Assembly: GCF_009914755.1 (NCBI RefSeq)
Contig: NC_060931.1
DNA: 64,000 nucleotides
Origin: the human T2T-CHM13v2.0 reference genome, Homo sapiens
Direction: 5' to 3' (one strand)
In this document: positions 17,206 to 40,095 of the stretch, piece by piece
Layout of the letters: each line of letters opens with the position of its first letter
How positions within the stretch are numbered: position 1 is the first letter of the stretch
Program-made: the position numbers and the translations under genes
Notes under the pieces: model-generated
The model's input: the letters and a program-made list of their open reading frames with translations, nothing else
Databases searched by the model: none
Told to the model about the DNA's origin: nothing

Positions 17206-17786
17206 CTGCTGAAAACAATGCTTTCTGATATGCTATTGTAGAGTGGATCGATTGTGATTTAATATATGTCACATCGTTGTGTTTCTTCACTCAGGAAAGA
17301 TGGCATATTGCCTGGATTAACTGTTACACAGGGAACCAGGCTTTTGGCCACTGCTTGCCACCCTGACTGTACCTGTTGAGTTGACGTAGGTGGTGAACAC
17401 CCTGGGAGCATGGCAGATATTTGGCAGGATACTTGCCCATGGCTGGAATTCCCAGTGGTGACATTGGTGTTAAGTGGGCCATTTCTGTTGATTCAGCAGG
17501 AGGACGTGGCAGCCCAAGATGTCAATAGCTGATGGGAGGCAGATAGTAATGGGGAGAGGACATGGCTGTGGGATGGGACAGCACTTTGTTCCCAAGTCTA
17601 CTCTGAAATTGCCCACAGCTAGCTAAACCATGTTGGACTTAGGACATTTCTCAGTTTCAATTTTAGGTTGTAGTCCCTAAATTCAAAAAGTGGACTACTG
17701 TATCTTGACAGGAATTCTTTTACAGAATTTGATACCCAGAAAGGGGTGTGAGCCCAGACTGATGATAGCTTACTTTTCTTTTTCAG

Positions 17787-17823
17787 GAAGGATGCCAATT
17801 CTGCGCTTCTCAGTAACTACGAG
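17787..17823 (+). CDS. CRCP: CRCP coding exon 2 (37 nt; (V)KDANSALLSNYE)
   Basis: Acceptor ttttctttttcag; donor GAG|gtaaat; phase matches exon 1. Confidence 0.96.
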
Positions 17824-19253
17824 GTAAATTGGATTGTTACATTTTCCTCTCTGATAGTTTGCCCTTCGCTCCTGAGATTGTTAAATTGATTTTGGTTAGA
17901 AATGACTGAATTCAGGCTGGGTGCAGTGGTTCACGCCTGTAATCCCAGCACTTTGGGAGGCTGAGGCTGGATCACTTGAGGTCAGGAGTTCAAAACTAGC
18001 CTGGCCAACATGGTGAAACCCAGTCTCTACTAAAAAATACAAAAATTAGCTGGGTGTGGTGGCACATGCCTGTAGTCCCAGCTACTTCGGATCCCAGCTG
18101 AGGCAGGAGGGTCACTTGAACCCAGGAGGCGGAGGTTGCAGTGAACTAAGATGTGCCACTGCACTCCAGCCTGGGCAATAGACCAAGGCTCTGTCTCAAA
18201 AAAAAAAAAAAGAAAGAAAGAAAGAAAAAGAAAAAAGAAATGACTGAATTTATTTGGATTTTCCACTTTAAAATAAGACATGGCAACATCTGGTGGACCT
18301 TGGAATAGTGTAAGCTTGACACGTTATACATAGTACTTCAGGAAAGCTGGGAAGACTCTATTTTAGAGGGGGCAACCTTCTCTAAATCTCAACGATTCCA
18401 AATCATCATTTGGGATGTAGTCATAGGATAGAAGCATCTATTTTAAGGCTGTTTCTGTCTGCAGAATTTCCCATTAAAATTTTTATGATTTTTCCTAATT
18501 ATCACCTTTGATATATTTATATATTTATAATGCTTTTATACATTGCAAATAGTCTTATGGGTATTAACATCCTTATTTTGAAAGTGAGTTTAAGCCGAGC
18601 ACAGTGGCTCATGCCCATAATCCCAGCACTTTGGAAGGCCAAGGCCAGCGGATCACGAGGTCAGGAGATTGAGACCATCCTGGCCAACATGGTGAAACCC
18701 CATCCCTACTTAAAAAATAAAAAAAGAGAGTGAGTTTAGTTGACTCACCTTTCTGAATAGTAGAAATTAAGAAATGTAGAATTTTTTGGGCTTAGGGTGG
18801 GATTGCTGGAGAAAGGAAAAGAAGGAAAAAGGTTGGTAAGAGAGGAGATATTCCAGCATTTTTGCCTCCTATTTGGCACTAGCAAAACCATCTGATAGGC
18901 TCACTCCAGGTGTAGAAAGAACCATTTATACCTTGACTGTGAATTTTCCATGTGCTAGAGTCTAAACTCAGAAAGACTCAGGAGGTCTAGAAGGTAGTAG
19001 GTTAAGTGCAGTGTCTCACGCCTGTAATCTCAGCACTTGGGAAGGCCAAGGAGAGAAGATTGCTTGAGGCTATGAGTTAGAGCTCAGCCTGGGAAACCTA
19101 GCAAGACCCCCAGCTCTTAAAAAAATAAATTAGCGGCCGGGCGCGGTGTCTCACGCCTGTAATCCCAGTACTTTGGGAGGCCGAGGCGGGCGGATCACGA
19201 GGTCAGGAGATCAAGAACATCCTGGCTAACACGGTGAAACCCCGTCTCTACTA

Positions 19254-19709
<456 letters not shown>

Positions 19710-20154
19710 CTAAAGGCTCAGTCTTAAGTGGTTGCAGCTTAGAACAGGAAGGAAATGGTTGAATGGTTTTTGGCCAAGCCTTTGGCTTTTAGGAGCCTCC
19801 TTGTCCAGTTTGGACTTTGCTAGGTGTTTGGGTGTTTTATCCATTGGGGAAACATTGCATTCATTGATCTCATGCCACTATTTCTGAAAGGACCAGCAGA
19901 TGAGAGGGGTCGTATTGTATCTGGTGATGGTGTGTGAGCCTGCATTTTCTTCACTTCTGTGGTAGAATCTCTAAAACAGGAATGAGACTAAGATTCCCCC
20001 CTGCCCCCAGCACTAATACATGTATGTTTTATCCTTGTGGGAAAGTTTGCTTCTAAAGATCCATAGCATTTTTTCCTTTCTTTTTTGGGGGGTAAACTCT
20101 GTCTTATCACTTGCCTCAAAATTTTTCTTTTCCAGAAAGAAATTATTATATTAG

Positions 20155-20352
<198 letters not shown>

Positions 20353-20827
20353 TAATTTTTTGTATTTTTAGTAGAGATGGGGTTTCACCGTGTTAGCCAG
20401 GATGGTCTTGATCTCCTGACCTCATGAACCGCCCACCTCACCCTCCCTAAGTGCTGGGATTACAGGCGTGAGCCATCATGCCTGGACCCAGAATTCTTTT
20501 TTAACAAAATATTTGCTTTAAGAAAATCTGCTTTCAAATAGTATATTTTTGAGATCAGATTAGTGATGTACATATTGATAGGAAATATTTGAAATATTTT
20601 AAGTAAATTAATGAATTTGAATTATTTGGCTTATATAAAAGAACATTTTTTAAAAATGTAATATGCCTCTGGGACTCATATTTGCTCAAATCCAAGAGTT
20701 GGAAGCTGGGTGATGGGCGGGTGAAAGGAAGTACTATACTTTCCTGTTTATCCTTCAAAACCACTGACCTTGGATAGATATATTTCTCAAATTTATTCAT
20801 AAACGTCTTTTTTGTATCTCCTCCTAG

Positions 20828-20926
20828 GTATTTCAGTTACTAACTGATCTGAAAGAGCAGCGTAAAGAAAGTGGAAAGAATAAACACAGCTCTGGGCAAC
20901 AGAACTTGAACACTATCACCTATGAA
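20828..20926 (+). CDS. CRCP: CRCP coding exon 3 (99 nt; VFQLLTDLKEQRKESGKNKHSSGQQNLNTITYE)
   Basis: Acceptor tctcctcctag; donor GAA|gtaagg; symmetric phase-0 exon. Confidence 0.96.
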
Positions 20927-21047
20927 GTAAGGCTGGGCTTCTGCCAGGCCTACCTAAAGTACCATTGAGGGAGGGGGGTTTATTCTCCCAATGACTGGCA
21001 GCTGAAATTAAGATTGCTTTTTATATGATCTGAATGTTTTATTCTAA

Positions 21048-21263
<216 letters not shown>

Positions 21264-21870
21264 TAGCCAGGATGGTCTCGATCTCCTGACCTCGTGATCC
21301 GTCCGCCTAGACTTCCCAAAGTGCTGGGATTACAGGCATGAGCCACCGCGCCCAGCCTACTCTAACCTAATTTTTATTCTGTTTATAGAAGTGAGAGGAG
21401 TTTGGTCAAGTTTAGAGTTTAGCCAGCTACAAAGTTAGAAGGAATAGTGTAAAAGATTGCCCTCATTTCTCCTTGAAAGGGGATCACAGCTCACTGCAGC
21501 CTCAACCTCCTAGGCTCAGGTGATGCTCCCAGCTTAGCTTCCCAAGTAGCTGGGACTATGGGCATCCACTGCCACGCCTGGCTATTTTTTGTTGTTGTTG
21601 TCCAGGCTGGTCTCCAACTCCTGGGCTTAAGGGATCTTCCCACTGCAGCGTCCCAAAGTGCTGGGAACTTACACGCTTAAGGCTATTATTTTTCAAGTTT
21701 GAGATTCCTTCCAAAATATGTAATTATAATTCCTCCGAAATTTTATCTATATTCTTCCTCAAAAGCCACAAAATCTGTGTAATCATGAGAAAGCATCACA
21801 TCATTGCAAATCAAAGAAAAAAAAGAAAAATCTTTTTATTTTGAAATCATTTTTCTTTTTTTTTTTTTGA

Positions 21871-22023
<153 letters not shown>

Positions 22024-22717
22024 TAGTAGAGACAGGGTTTCTCCATGTTGGTCAGGCGGGTATCAAACTCCCGACCTCATGTGATCCGCCCACCTCTGGC
22101 TCCCAAAGTGCTGGGATTACAGGCGTGAGCCACCGTGCCCAGCCATTTTTCTCTTACATAAAAGTTGTAGAGACAGTGCTGGGAGTTCTCATGTACCCTT
22201 CCCATAGTTTTCTCTGATGTTAATATCTTACATAACCATGGTACAGTGATCAAAACCAAGAAATTAACATTGGTACATACTATTAAGCTAAACTTAAATT
22301 TTATTTGAATGCCCTGTTTTCCCATTGCTGTCTTCTGGGTTCCAGGATTCAGTTCAGGATACCATTTTGTATTTAGTTAACATGTCCCCATAATGTCATT
22401 CAATCTATATCCTTACTCTTCCTTTGTCTTCCATGACCTTGACACTTCCAAAGTCTCGTCAAGTATTTTGTAGAATGTCTGTTGATTTGTGATTGCCTGA
22501 TGTTTTATTATGATTACACAAAACCTATGGCTTTTGAGGAAGAGTACCACAGAGGTAATCTCCCCTTCTCGTGTCCTGATTTCTGGGGGTACATGATATT
22601 GATGTTTCTTATGGGTGATGTTGTTAACTTTGGTCATTTCGTTAAGATGGTATCTGCCTGGTTTCTCCACTGTAAATCTACTGTTTCTTCATTTCCACAT
22701 TATGTTAGAAAGGATTT

Positions 22718-23176
<459 letters not shown>

Positions 23177-23401
23177 CTAGGAAAACAGCCTACCCTTTGC
23201 TTAAGCTTTTAACCATCAATTTTAGCATTTATTGGTGGGTCTTTCCTGCAGTAGTTATGACTATGGTACAATTGCCTAAGAGTGATTTAAAAATTTTTCT
23301 CATTCTTGGCCGGGTGCGGTGTCTCATGCCTATAATCCCAGCACTTTCGGAGGCCGAGGCGGGTGGATCACGAGGTCAGGAGATCGAGACCATCCTGGCT
23401 A

Positions 23402-23675
<274 letters not shown>

Positions 23676-23816
23676 TCAGTCGTATATATCCATGTAGACT
23701 CATGGCAATTTATTTTATTCTTTGGGTTCCCCCTCTTTAAAAAAATTGTTCAAAATATAACACAATTGTCAGATTGAGGGTTTTTTTTTTTTGAGATCAG
23801 AAAAGTTTTCTCCTAA

Positions 23817-24180
<364 letters not shown>

Positions 24181-24363
24181 TGATTTGGCCACCTCGGCCT
24201 CCCAAAGTGCTGGGATTACAGGTGTGAGCCACCGTGCCCAGCCTCTACAGGATTTTTACAAACAAAATTTTAGAATTTTAATTACAGTCATTGCCTTTGT
24301 TTTTTCTCATTCAGGGTTCTTTGTCTTATGCTTGGCTTTTTTCTTTTTTTTTTTTTTTGCCAG

Positions 24364-24458
24364 ACGTTAAAATACATATCAAAAACACCATGCAGGCACC
24401 AGAGTCCTGAAATTGTCAGAGAATTTCTCACAGCATTGAAAAGCCACAAGTTGACCAA
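24364..24458 (+). CDS. CRCP: CRCP coding exon 4 (95 nt; TLKYISKTPCRHQSPEIVREFLTALKSHKLT(K))
   Basis: Long poly-T tract plus gccag acceptor; donor AA|gtaagt. Confidence 0.96.
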
Positions 24459-24618
24459 GTAAGTAAATCTCTTAAGTAGGAAGAGCGTGACACATGGTGA
24501 AATGATAGTTGCTACATTCGTAGCAACCGTGTATTGATATTCGGCTGGGTTTGGATTTAAAGAAGGATTATAGTATTGGAGATGAAACAACTGAAAGTTA
24601 GACATAGGGACTAGAGTA

Positions 24619-25700
24619 AGGAACAAATCTTTTTTTTTTTTTTTTTATAAATGAAGAAAGTTCATTTATCCTAGTGATACTGTATTACTCTGCCTGCTTA
24701 TTCTGCAAAATTAGCAGAGATTAATTTACATTCTCAAAAAAGACGGGTGAGGGGAAATGGAAATGCTTCATGGAAAAGAAGGCAAATTTAGGTCATAGGT
24801 AGAGATCTCAATCAAATGGGCCAAAATACAGTTTATTTATATCTGCTAACTCCCAACTGCTAGCATCTGACCACAGCATAACAAGCTTGGAATCGGGGAA
24901 CCTGGGCTGTAGTCCAGTTTCTGCCCCTTATAGCACCATGACCTTGGAAAAGGTATTTGACCTCTCTGAGTTTCATTATCCTTACCACTGAATAAGGATC
25001 ATCTGCTAAACTCACAAGGCTGGGGAAAGGGTGAAGGGTGGTGTCTTCATGGAAACAATATGTGTAGATGTCCTTTTTGGACTCCAGAAGCCATAAATGA
25101 TGCAACCTTATTTATTAACCATTAATGTGAACAGGGCCAACCATTTCTATGTTATTAACACTGCTTCTTCCCTAATGATTCAATTCAGATAAACCTTACA
25201 AAGCACTTCACACCAAGAGCTGAGTATCAGGGCCACTTGGTTCTTACAGACGCAGTGCCTCCAAGCCAAAATTGGTAGAACCAATAGTTCTACTCTTAAA
25301 GCAGGACCTCTCTAGCCTCCCATTATCTAGATGAAAATGAGCTTACTAATTTAGAAACACAAGTGAGTATATTCTAGGCTAACCAAAGTAATTCTTCTCT
25401 AATTATTGAGAACATTAAATGTCACGAGCTGATCTCAAAATATTAGTAAAATAAGTTAAATTGTTTTGAAAGGAAGGAAATGTGATAATGTAGAAATGGG
25501 GAAAAAACAAGACAGAATTGAAATATTATATTAATCAAGTACTAACCCTGGTTTGAATGGGTAAATGCAGAAGACCTTTCTTCCTTCTTTTTTTATTTAT
25601 TTATCTTTTTTTTCAAAATTATACTTTAAGTTCTAGGGTACATGTGCACAACGTGCAAGTTTGTTACATATGTATACATGTGCCATGAGGAACAAATCTT
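24619..25700 (-). mobile_element. 5'-truncated L1PA (L1PA4/5-like) with 3' transduction, flanked by TSD aggaacaaatctt
   Basis: TSD at 24619-24631 and 25688-25700; L1 3' end 25618-25687; A-rich L1 tail 25588-25613; ~940 bp non-L1 segment; distal poly(A) read as a T run at 24630-24646. Confidence 0.8.
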
Positions 25701-25844
25701 AATGGGGTTTAAAAATCTTTTCTTGGCCAGGTGTGGCGGCTCATGCCTGTAATCCCAGCACTTTGGGAGGCTGAGGTGGGTGGATCACCTGAGGTTGGGA
25801 GTTCTAACCAGCCTGACCAACATGGAGAAACCCCATCTCTACTA

Positions 25845-26003
<159 letters not shown>

Positions 26004-26049
26004 TCAAAAAAAAAAAAAAATCTTTTCTTGGAGTCCCAGTTTGTATGAC

Positions 26050-30480
<4,431 letters not shown>

Positions 30481-31559
30481 TTTTTTTTTTTTGAGTTGGA
30501 GTCTTGCTCTTGTTACCCAGGCTGGATGGAGTGCAGTGGCACAGTCTCAGCTCACTGCAACTGCCGCCTCCTGGGTTCAAGTGATTCTCCTGTTTCGGCC
30601 TCCTGAGTAGCTGGGATTACAGGTGCATGCCATCACCGCTAATTTTTGTATTTTTAGTAGAGACGGGGTTTCTCCATGTTGGCCAGGCTGGTCTCGAACT
30701 CCTGACCTCAGGTGATTCGCCGCCTCAGCCTCCCAAAGTGCTGGGATTACAGGCATGAGTCACTGCGCCCGGCTGTGTCGAAATTTTTCACTGTAATCTG
30801 TGGAGAGAGAAAGGCTTTCGTGGGCTTCCTCCATCTTCTCCTGTAGCAGAAGTGCTAACAGTTGATTTTTAAGGCCTCTTTTCATCTCTTTGGGCTAATG
30901 TATTGCTTCCTAAGCCCAACATCTTTTCTACTGTAAGTATGGACAAATACTGTTCAAAAAACCTACAAATACATAGGCATTGTCTTGCAAGCTGATTCGT
31001 GATTGGCCATGATCTATATAAATTTAAAGCAGACTGTAGTATTCAAGGAGGATTGATCTTAGCTCCCTTTTTTCCACTAATGATCCTAAAATCGAAGATT
31101 TTTTAAAATCTTTTTAAAAGGCTTTCTAATCCTTTTAACCTCAACCCTTTGATTAATTGCTTGTTTCCATGACTCTGCCAAGAGTTAACGCTTCAGGCAG
31201 CGTTGTTGTCCAACAGCCAGAAGAGGGAGCGGCAGGCTTCTTCACTGTGGCTGGGCCTGGCTCCTCTGGGAACTTGCAGCTCTTGTTATATTTGTGAGCA
31301 TAACACATTCAGTTATACTCTTGTAGTTATTTTTAAATGTACAATTAAATTATTGTTGACTGTAGTCACCCTGTTGGACTATCAAATACTAGATCTTATT
31401 CATTCTTTCTATTTTTTCATAGTCATTAACCACGTGCACTTCTCCCACCTCGCCCACCCTGCTGCCCGTCCCCGCCTCTGATCTGCTCTCTGGTCCTTCT
31501 CCTCTCTCTGTCTCCAGAAAGCATGGACTTCTTGGTTACAGCCTGTAGTGGTAGCTGAG

Positions 31560-33670
<2,111 letters not shown>

Positions 33671-34983
33671 CATTTGGGGGATTACAAGCAGTAGAAATTG
33701 ACTAGAACTGCCCTAATAATGACTGCCATTTATGGAGAAACTATCGTGAGACAGATGGCATTATGACACTTTCCATCCATTATCACATGTACACTAGAAG
33801 CAGATGGCCAAGAACAGGAGCTTCTCTGCCATTTACTAGCTTTGCAACTGTAGACAAGTTATTTACTCTCTCAGTGTCAGTGAAATCTGAGGATTTGATG
33901 TAGTTCCACATGGAAAGCAAGCAATAAATGGTAGTGGCGGCCTCTGGAAAGATTTTCATCCCTGTTAATCCTCTCATAAGATAGTTAAGTACTGTTATCA
34001 TTCCTATTTCACAGATGAGGAAACTGAGGCTCAGGGAGAGTGGGTAAGTGTTCTGCTTCCCCCAACACATGGCTGCAGGAGTCGTGGCTTCTTCATGTTT
34101 TCACTCCAGAAGGTCTTTAATGCGATAAATACTTACTGAGCTGATTGGAAAGATGGATATGCAGCCCCAGGGTCAAATTGAGAGAGAAATGTAGAAGTTG
34201 TTGCCTGCACAGGGGTGGTCACTGCAGTCATTTGATCTCCTCTGAAGTTCTGTAGTCTTTCAGAGTCCACATGATTCAGCCACCCTTTCAGCAATGATCT
34301 GTTTCTTTCTTTGAGGCAGATGATCACTATATCTAACTGTCACTCAGATCTTTTGTTGTGAAAATTTACATGTATTTGTCTTCTTTCTCCAGCTGGGTTA
34401 AGTGCTTTCAGGGCAGAGGCACTGTACCTGTATTTCTGTGTATTAACTCCTGCCCCTTTTAGTCCCTGTTTTGTTTACTAAGATAATAAGTCAAATTTGG
34501 GAAATATTAAATCTTCATCTCAAAAAGGAATTTACCCATTTCTAAGAGATGACCACACAAGATGATTTTGTGTGTTTTAATTTTTTAGTTTTAGAGATAG
34601 GGTGTGGCTCTGTCGCCCAGGCTGGAGTGCAGGCTAAAGCGATCCTCCTGCCTCACCTCCTTGTCCTCTGCCTTCCGTAGCTGGGACTACAGGTAGCTGG
34701 GACTACAGGCGCAACCCATCATGCCCAGCTAATTTATTTTAATTTTTTTGTAAGGTTTTTTAATGTCGCCCAGGCTGATTGGGAATGCCTGGCCTCAAGG
34801 GATCCTCCCACCTGGCCTCCCAAAGTGCTGGGATTACAGGCATGAGCCACCACACCTGGCCTAAGGTGATTTTGTTAGTTGGTACTTTCTATAATTTGGA
34901 TGAAGAAAGCATTATTTTCTTCACATTTTCCAGATAGGAATTACCGTCCTGGGCCGGGCACGGTGGCTCACGCCTATATCTTA

Positions 34984-35238
<255 letters not shown>

Positions 35239-35526
35239 TCAAAAAAAAAGGAAAAAAGAAAATGACCCCCCTGTTTTTAAAATGGCATATGCCCTGCTGC
35301 TTTGTTTCCTACAATCATGCCTCTGATACCCATTCGTACCGTGGGCTGGGAGTCACTCACATACACGCTCCTGTTCCCATTCTCTCGATTTACAGTTGAA
35401 GGAACTGAGGGCCACACTCCAGTGGTTCTCCCATTTTTTATCTGGCAAATTATTCTCTGTGCAGCTCAGTCAGGACTCAGGACTTAGGGCTATGCGAGTT
35501 GTCAACGCTGTACTTTCCCTCCACAG

Positions 35527-35584
35527 AGCTGAGAAGCTCCAGCTGCTGAACCACCGGCCTGTGACTGCTGTGGAGATCCAGCTG
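35527..35584 (+). CDS. CRCP: CRCP coding exon 5 (58 nt; (K)AEKLQLLNHRPVTAVEIQL)
   Basis: Acceptor ctttccctccacag; donor CTG|gtgagt. Confidence 0.96.
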
Positions 35585-37103
35585 GTGAGTGAAGGGCGCC
35601 TGTGCTGGGGAGGCTGCTGTGGGTCTGAGATGTAGAATGGCTGTGGTGGACAAGCCAGGAACTGCGTTTTTTTTAAGAGGCTGCCCAACCACTCCATTTC
35701 TTAAGGAAAAAGAGACCTTGCCAGTTTGATCCTAGTTAGTGTGGACTTAGGGACCACAAAACACTGGAGGAGATTTCATTCCTCCTCTAGGGTTTTGGCT
35801 GATGACTTGGCGGCTCTCCGACTCCCCTGATGTCCAGGCCATTCTGGCCATTGCTTCCCTGTAGGCGTTGTTGCCAACCAGATGTTGCATAAAAAACATG
35901 AAATTCAGCATGTCTCTGGTGAACATTCTCTGTCCCCACGCCCACCCTTCACCCTGCTCTTGCTTCCTCTCTTTCTGGGTGAGGGGAGCATGTGTGCGCT
36001 GTCCCATCAGCTCCCTTCCTTGCTCATCTCCTGGCCTGGCCTCCCACGCCGGAAACCTGCAAGCCATTCTCTTCCTTTCATCTCACAGTCAGGGAGTCCC
36101 CAAGTTCTGTTGCTTCTGTCTTCGTTCTTGCTTCTCTCCCCCGTGTACTGCGTTGATTTCTGCCATTATTTCTTCACGCGGCTCTTGCGGTTATCCTCTC
36201 CCCATTCTCCCTGGCTCCCCAAGTCCATCTCCCACATCACCGTCAGAGATCACATCTAAAACCATGAATGTGATCCCATTTCCCTGCATAAACCGTTTAT
36301 TTAGTACAGCCTCATCACTTGTGAAGTCCGCTTTGTACTGAGAGCGTAGGCTTTGGAATAGGAGGAGGCAGCCAGAGTAGAGGGGCCTACGATGGGATAA
36401 GGGGCCCGGGAAATGATCCAGGGAGATACCCGGGCCACCACTGGGCACGCTGTGGCCGCTGCCTTCTTATTACAGGGCAGAGAGCATCGGTACCTGACAA
36501 GTGTTAAGCAGGCCGTCTAATTGCCAGTTTAAAAAAAAAAAAGAAGAAGAAACTTTAGAGAATTAACAAAATGAGAATAAAGCAGTTTCCAAAGTCAGTT
36601 TTAGAAATACTTAGCTCTTTGTCAAATTTCCTTTAGAAAAGTATGGAAGAAAATGGTCAAAAATACGATTTTTAGAGTTGCTAATGGAAAAACTTTTTAA
36701 AAGGCCACAGGGTATTTAATTTTTTACTAAATTGTTCATTGTCTTCCTAGGGTTGTTTTTGCCCTTCAGAATGTACCCAAAATTAAATTAGAACAGTTCC
36801 TTTCATGAAGGGTGCCTTTCTCTGGGAACCCGCCTGTAGGCTAAATAGAAACCCCTTTCTCATGTGTCCTGATTATTTTCATGCTTTACACTGTATTGGA
36901 GTTTCAACCTAGAGCTTAGAGGAGAGAAAAAACAAACAGAACAGCAAGAAACGAATCCCTGTCCCTCTGGGTTAAAGATCATATGTCATGTCTCCTCCAG
37001 CTTTAATCAGCAACATATGTTACTCATGGCTTAATGACAGGCAGAGAGAAGAGATGAGGATTAGTGTGACCTCAGCCAGAGCCTGTGGAAAGTGGTATCA
37101 TTA

Positions 37104-37598
<495 letters not shown>

Positions 37599-37805
37599 TC
37601 AGAAGCTTTACTTTGCTCCTCCAAGCCAGGTACTTGTGCTTGATGAGAAGAAAGATGTGTGTGGCATCCCCTGAGATGGTTTCCTTCTCGTTTCTACAAA
37701 GTAGGTAGGCCTTGGTAGAAACTGCTGTTTCTCAGTAGTTGGACCATTTTATAGCCAGATTCTTCCCACTCTGGAATTTGGCTACAAAAGGTAGCAAATT
37801 GTTTA

Positions 37806-37994
<189 letters not shown>

Positions 37995-39860
37995 TTAGCC
38001 AGGTATGGTGGCGCACACCTGTGGTCCCAGCTACTCAGGAGACTAAGGTGAGAGGATTGTTTGAGCCCAGAAGTTCAAGGCTGCAGTGAGCTATGATAGT
38101 GCCACTGTACTCCAGCCTGTGTGACTGAGCAAGAACCTGTCTTTTAAAAAAAAAAAAGCAAATGGCTGGGCACGGTGGCTCACGCCTGTAATCCCAGTAC
38201 TTTAAGAGACCGAGGTGGGTGGATCACCTGAGGTCAGGAGTTTGTGACCAGCTTGGCCAACATGGCGAAACCTCATCCCTACTAAAAATACAGAAATTAG
38301 CTGGGCATGGTGGCGGGCACCTGTAATCCCAGCTACTTGGGAGGCTGAGGCAGGAGAATCGCTTGAACCTGGGAGGCGGAAGTTGTAGTGAGCGAAGTGT
38401 AGTGAGCGTGACTGCACTCCAGCCTGGGCGACAAGAGCGAAACTCCTTCTCTAGAAAACAAAAGGAAATAAAAGGTTTCACTTACAGTGGCAAGCACAAA
38501 GGACTTGAGTGAGAAGTTCCCTATATTAACACTAGAGCCATTTTTTCTCCCTGGGTTCAGAAAACAGTCCCAGCATCCAACATTTATTAGCATTCACTTG
38601 GAAGCCAGGTGTCTTTTGGAGGCTGAAGCCTCACCTCTTCAGTTACGCCTGGGCTGTGATTTGCTGTGGCCCTCTGATGACTGCCTGCTGACTCAGAGGC
38701 TCGGTGAGGAAATGAGGTGGCCACCCAGCTTAGGACTTGTTGTGCCCGGTTGTGTATTGATTTGGAATGATTTGTGAGCCCTCCGGCCTGAGGTCAGTGA
38801 ATCCTGTGACCTCACAGGCCACTGCCCTGAACAGCACTACCATCTAGGCCTGTTAGTGATTTCGTGATTATGAAGTCTTGACTCATATAGAGCGTTATTG
38901 CTTGTAAAACACTGTTACATGTGTTCTCCTTTTGTCCTCGCTGTAGGCGTTACTTTCATTTTACATTAGAGAAAGTTGAAATTTAGAAAGCCAGATTCAG
39001 TGAACTGTTCTGGATCAAATATTTAATAGTATACATTGTTGCTATCAGATCTTTGAATCATTTTGAGGAAAGTAGGACTTTAGGTTTGGCGACTTCAAGT
39101 TGCCATTTTTGGAGGTCGGCAACCCGGTTTGATGCTCCTGGGATTGAGATAATAAATGTATCATTTATGTTAACCCAGCTGTTGATACTTTGGATTTTTA
39201 AGTTTTATTTCCCCTTATGTTCTCAACTACCTGAAATGGTTGGTATCTGAGAACCTTGAGATGGTGCTTTGAACTTTACTTCTTTATTTGGACTGTTTCT
39301 CCTGTGTTGGAAAGAAAAGGTGAAAGGCCGGACACAGTGATTCATGTCTATAACCCCAGCACTTTGAGAGGGTGATGTGAGAGGATCACTTGAGCCCAGG
39401 AGTTCAAGACCAGCCTGGGCAACCCCATCTCTACAAAAAATAATAAAAAATAATTAGCTGGACATGGTGGCACATAGCTATAGTCCCAGCTACTTGGAAG
39501 GCTGAGGCAGGAGGATTGCTTGAGCCCAGGAGTTTGAGACTGCAGTAAGTGATGATTGCGCCCAAAGAATAAAGCAGGGAAAGGAGGGAAATAGCCAAGA
39601 TTTGATTATTTAACCTGGAGAAAAGATGATCTCCGTTTGAGAAAATAATGTGCAGAAAAGAATTTTGCTAAGTTCACTAACGGCCGGAGCTTTTATCAAC
39701 ATCCAATCCTCCTTAATTACAGTCAAGACCTTTTTTTTCAACCTAAGGTTCCCAGTCACAGGAAGAAACCCTAAGCTGCATTAAACTAAATGAAATATAA
39801 ACAAAAAAGAAACTTTCAGAAATAAAAAACTTACTAGCACGTCTTGGATCACTAGGATAA

Positions 39861-40095
<235 letters not shown>

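Noticed and set aside
34677-34708. 16-bp tandem duplication gtagctgggactacag in an AluJ; similar small duplications at ~38384 and ~47013
   Set aside because: Ordinary replication-slippage events inside repeats.
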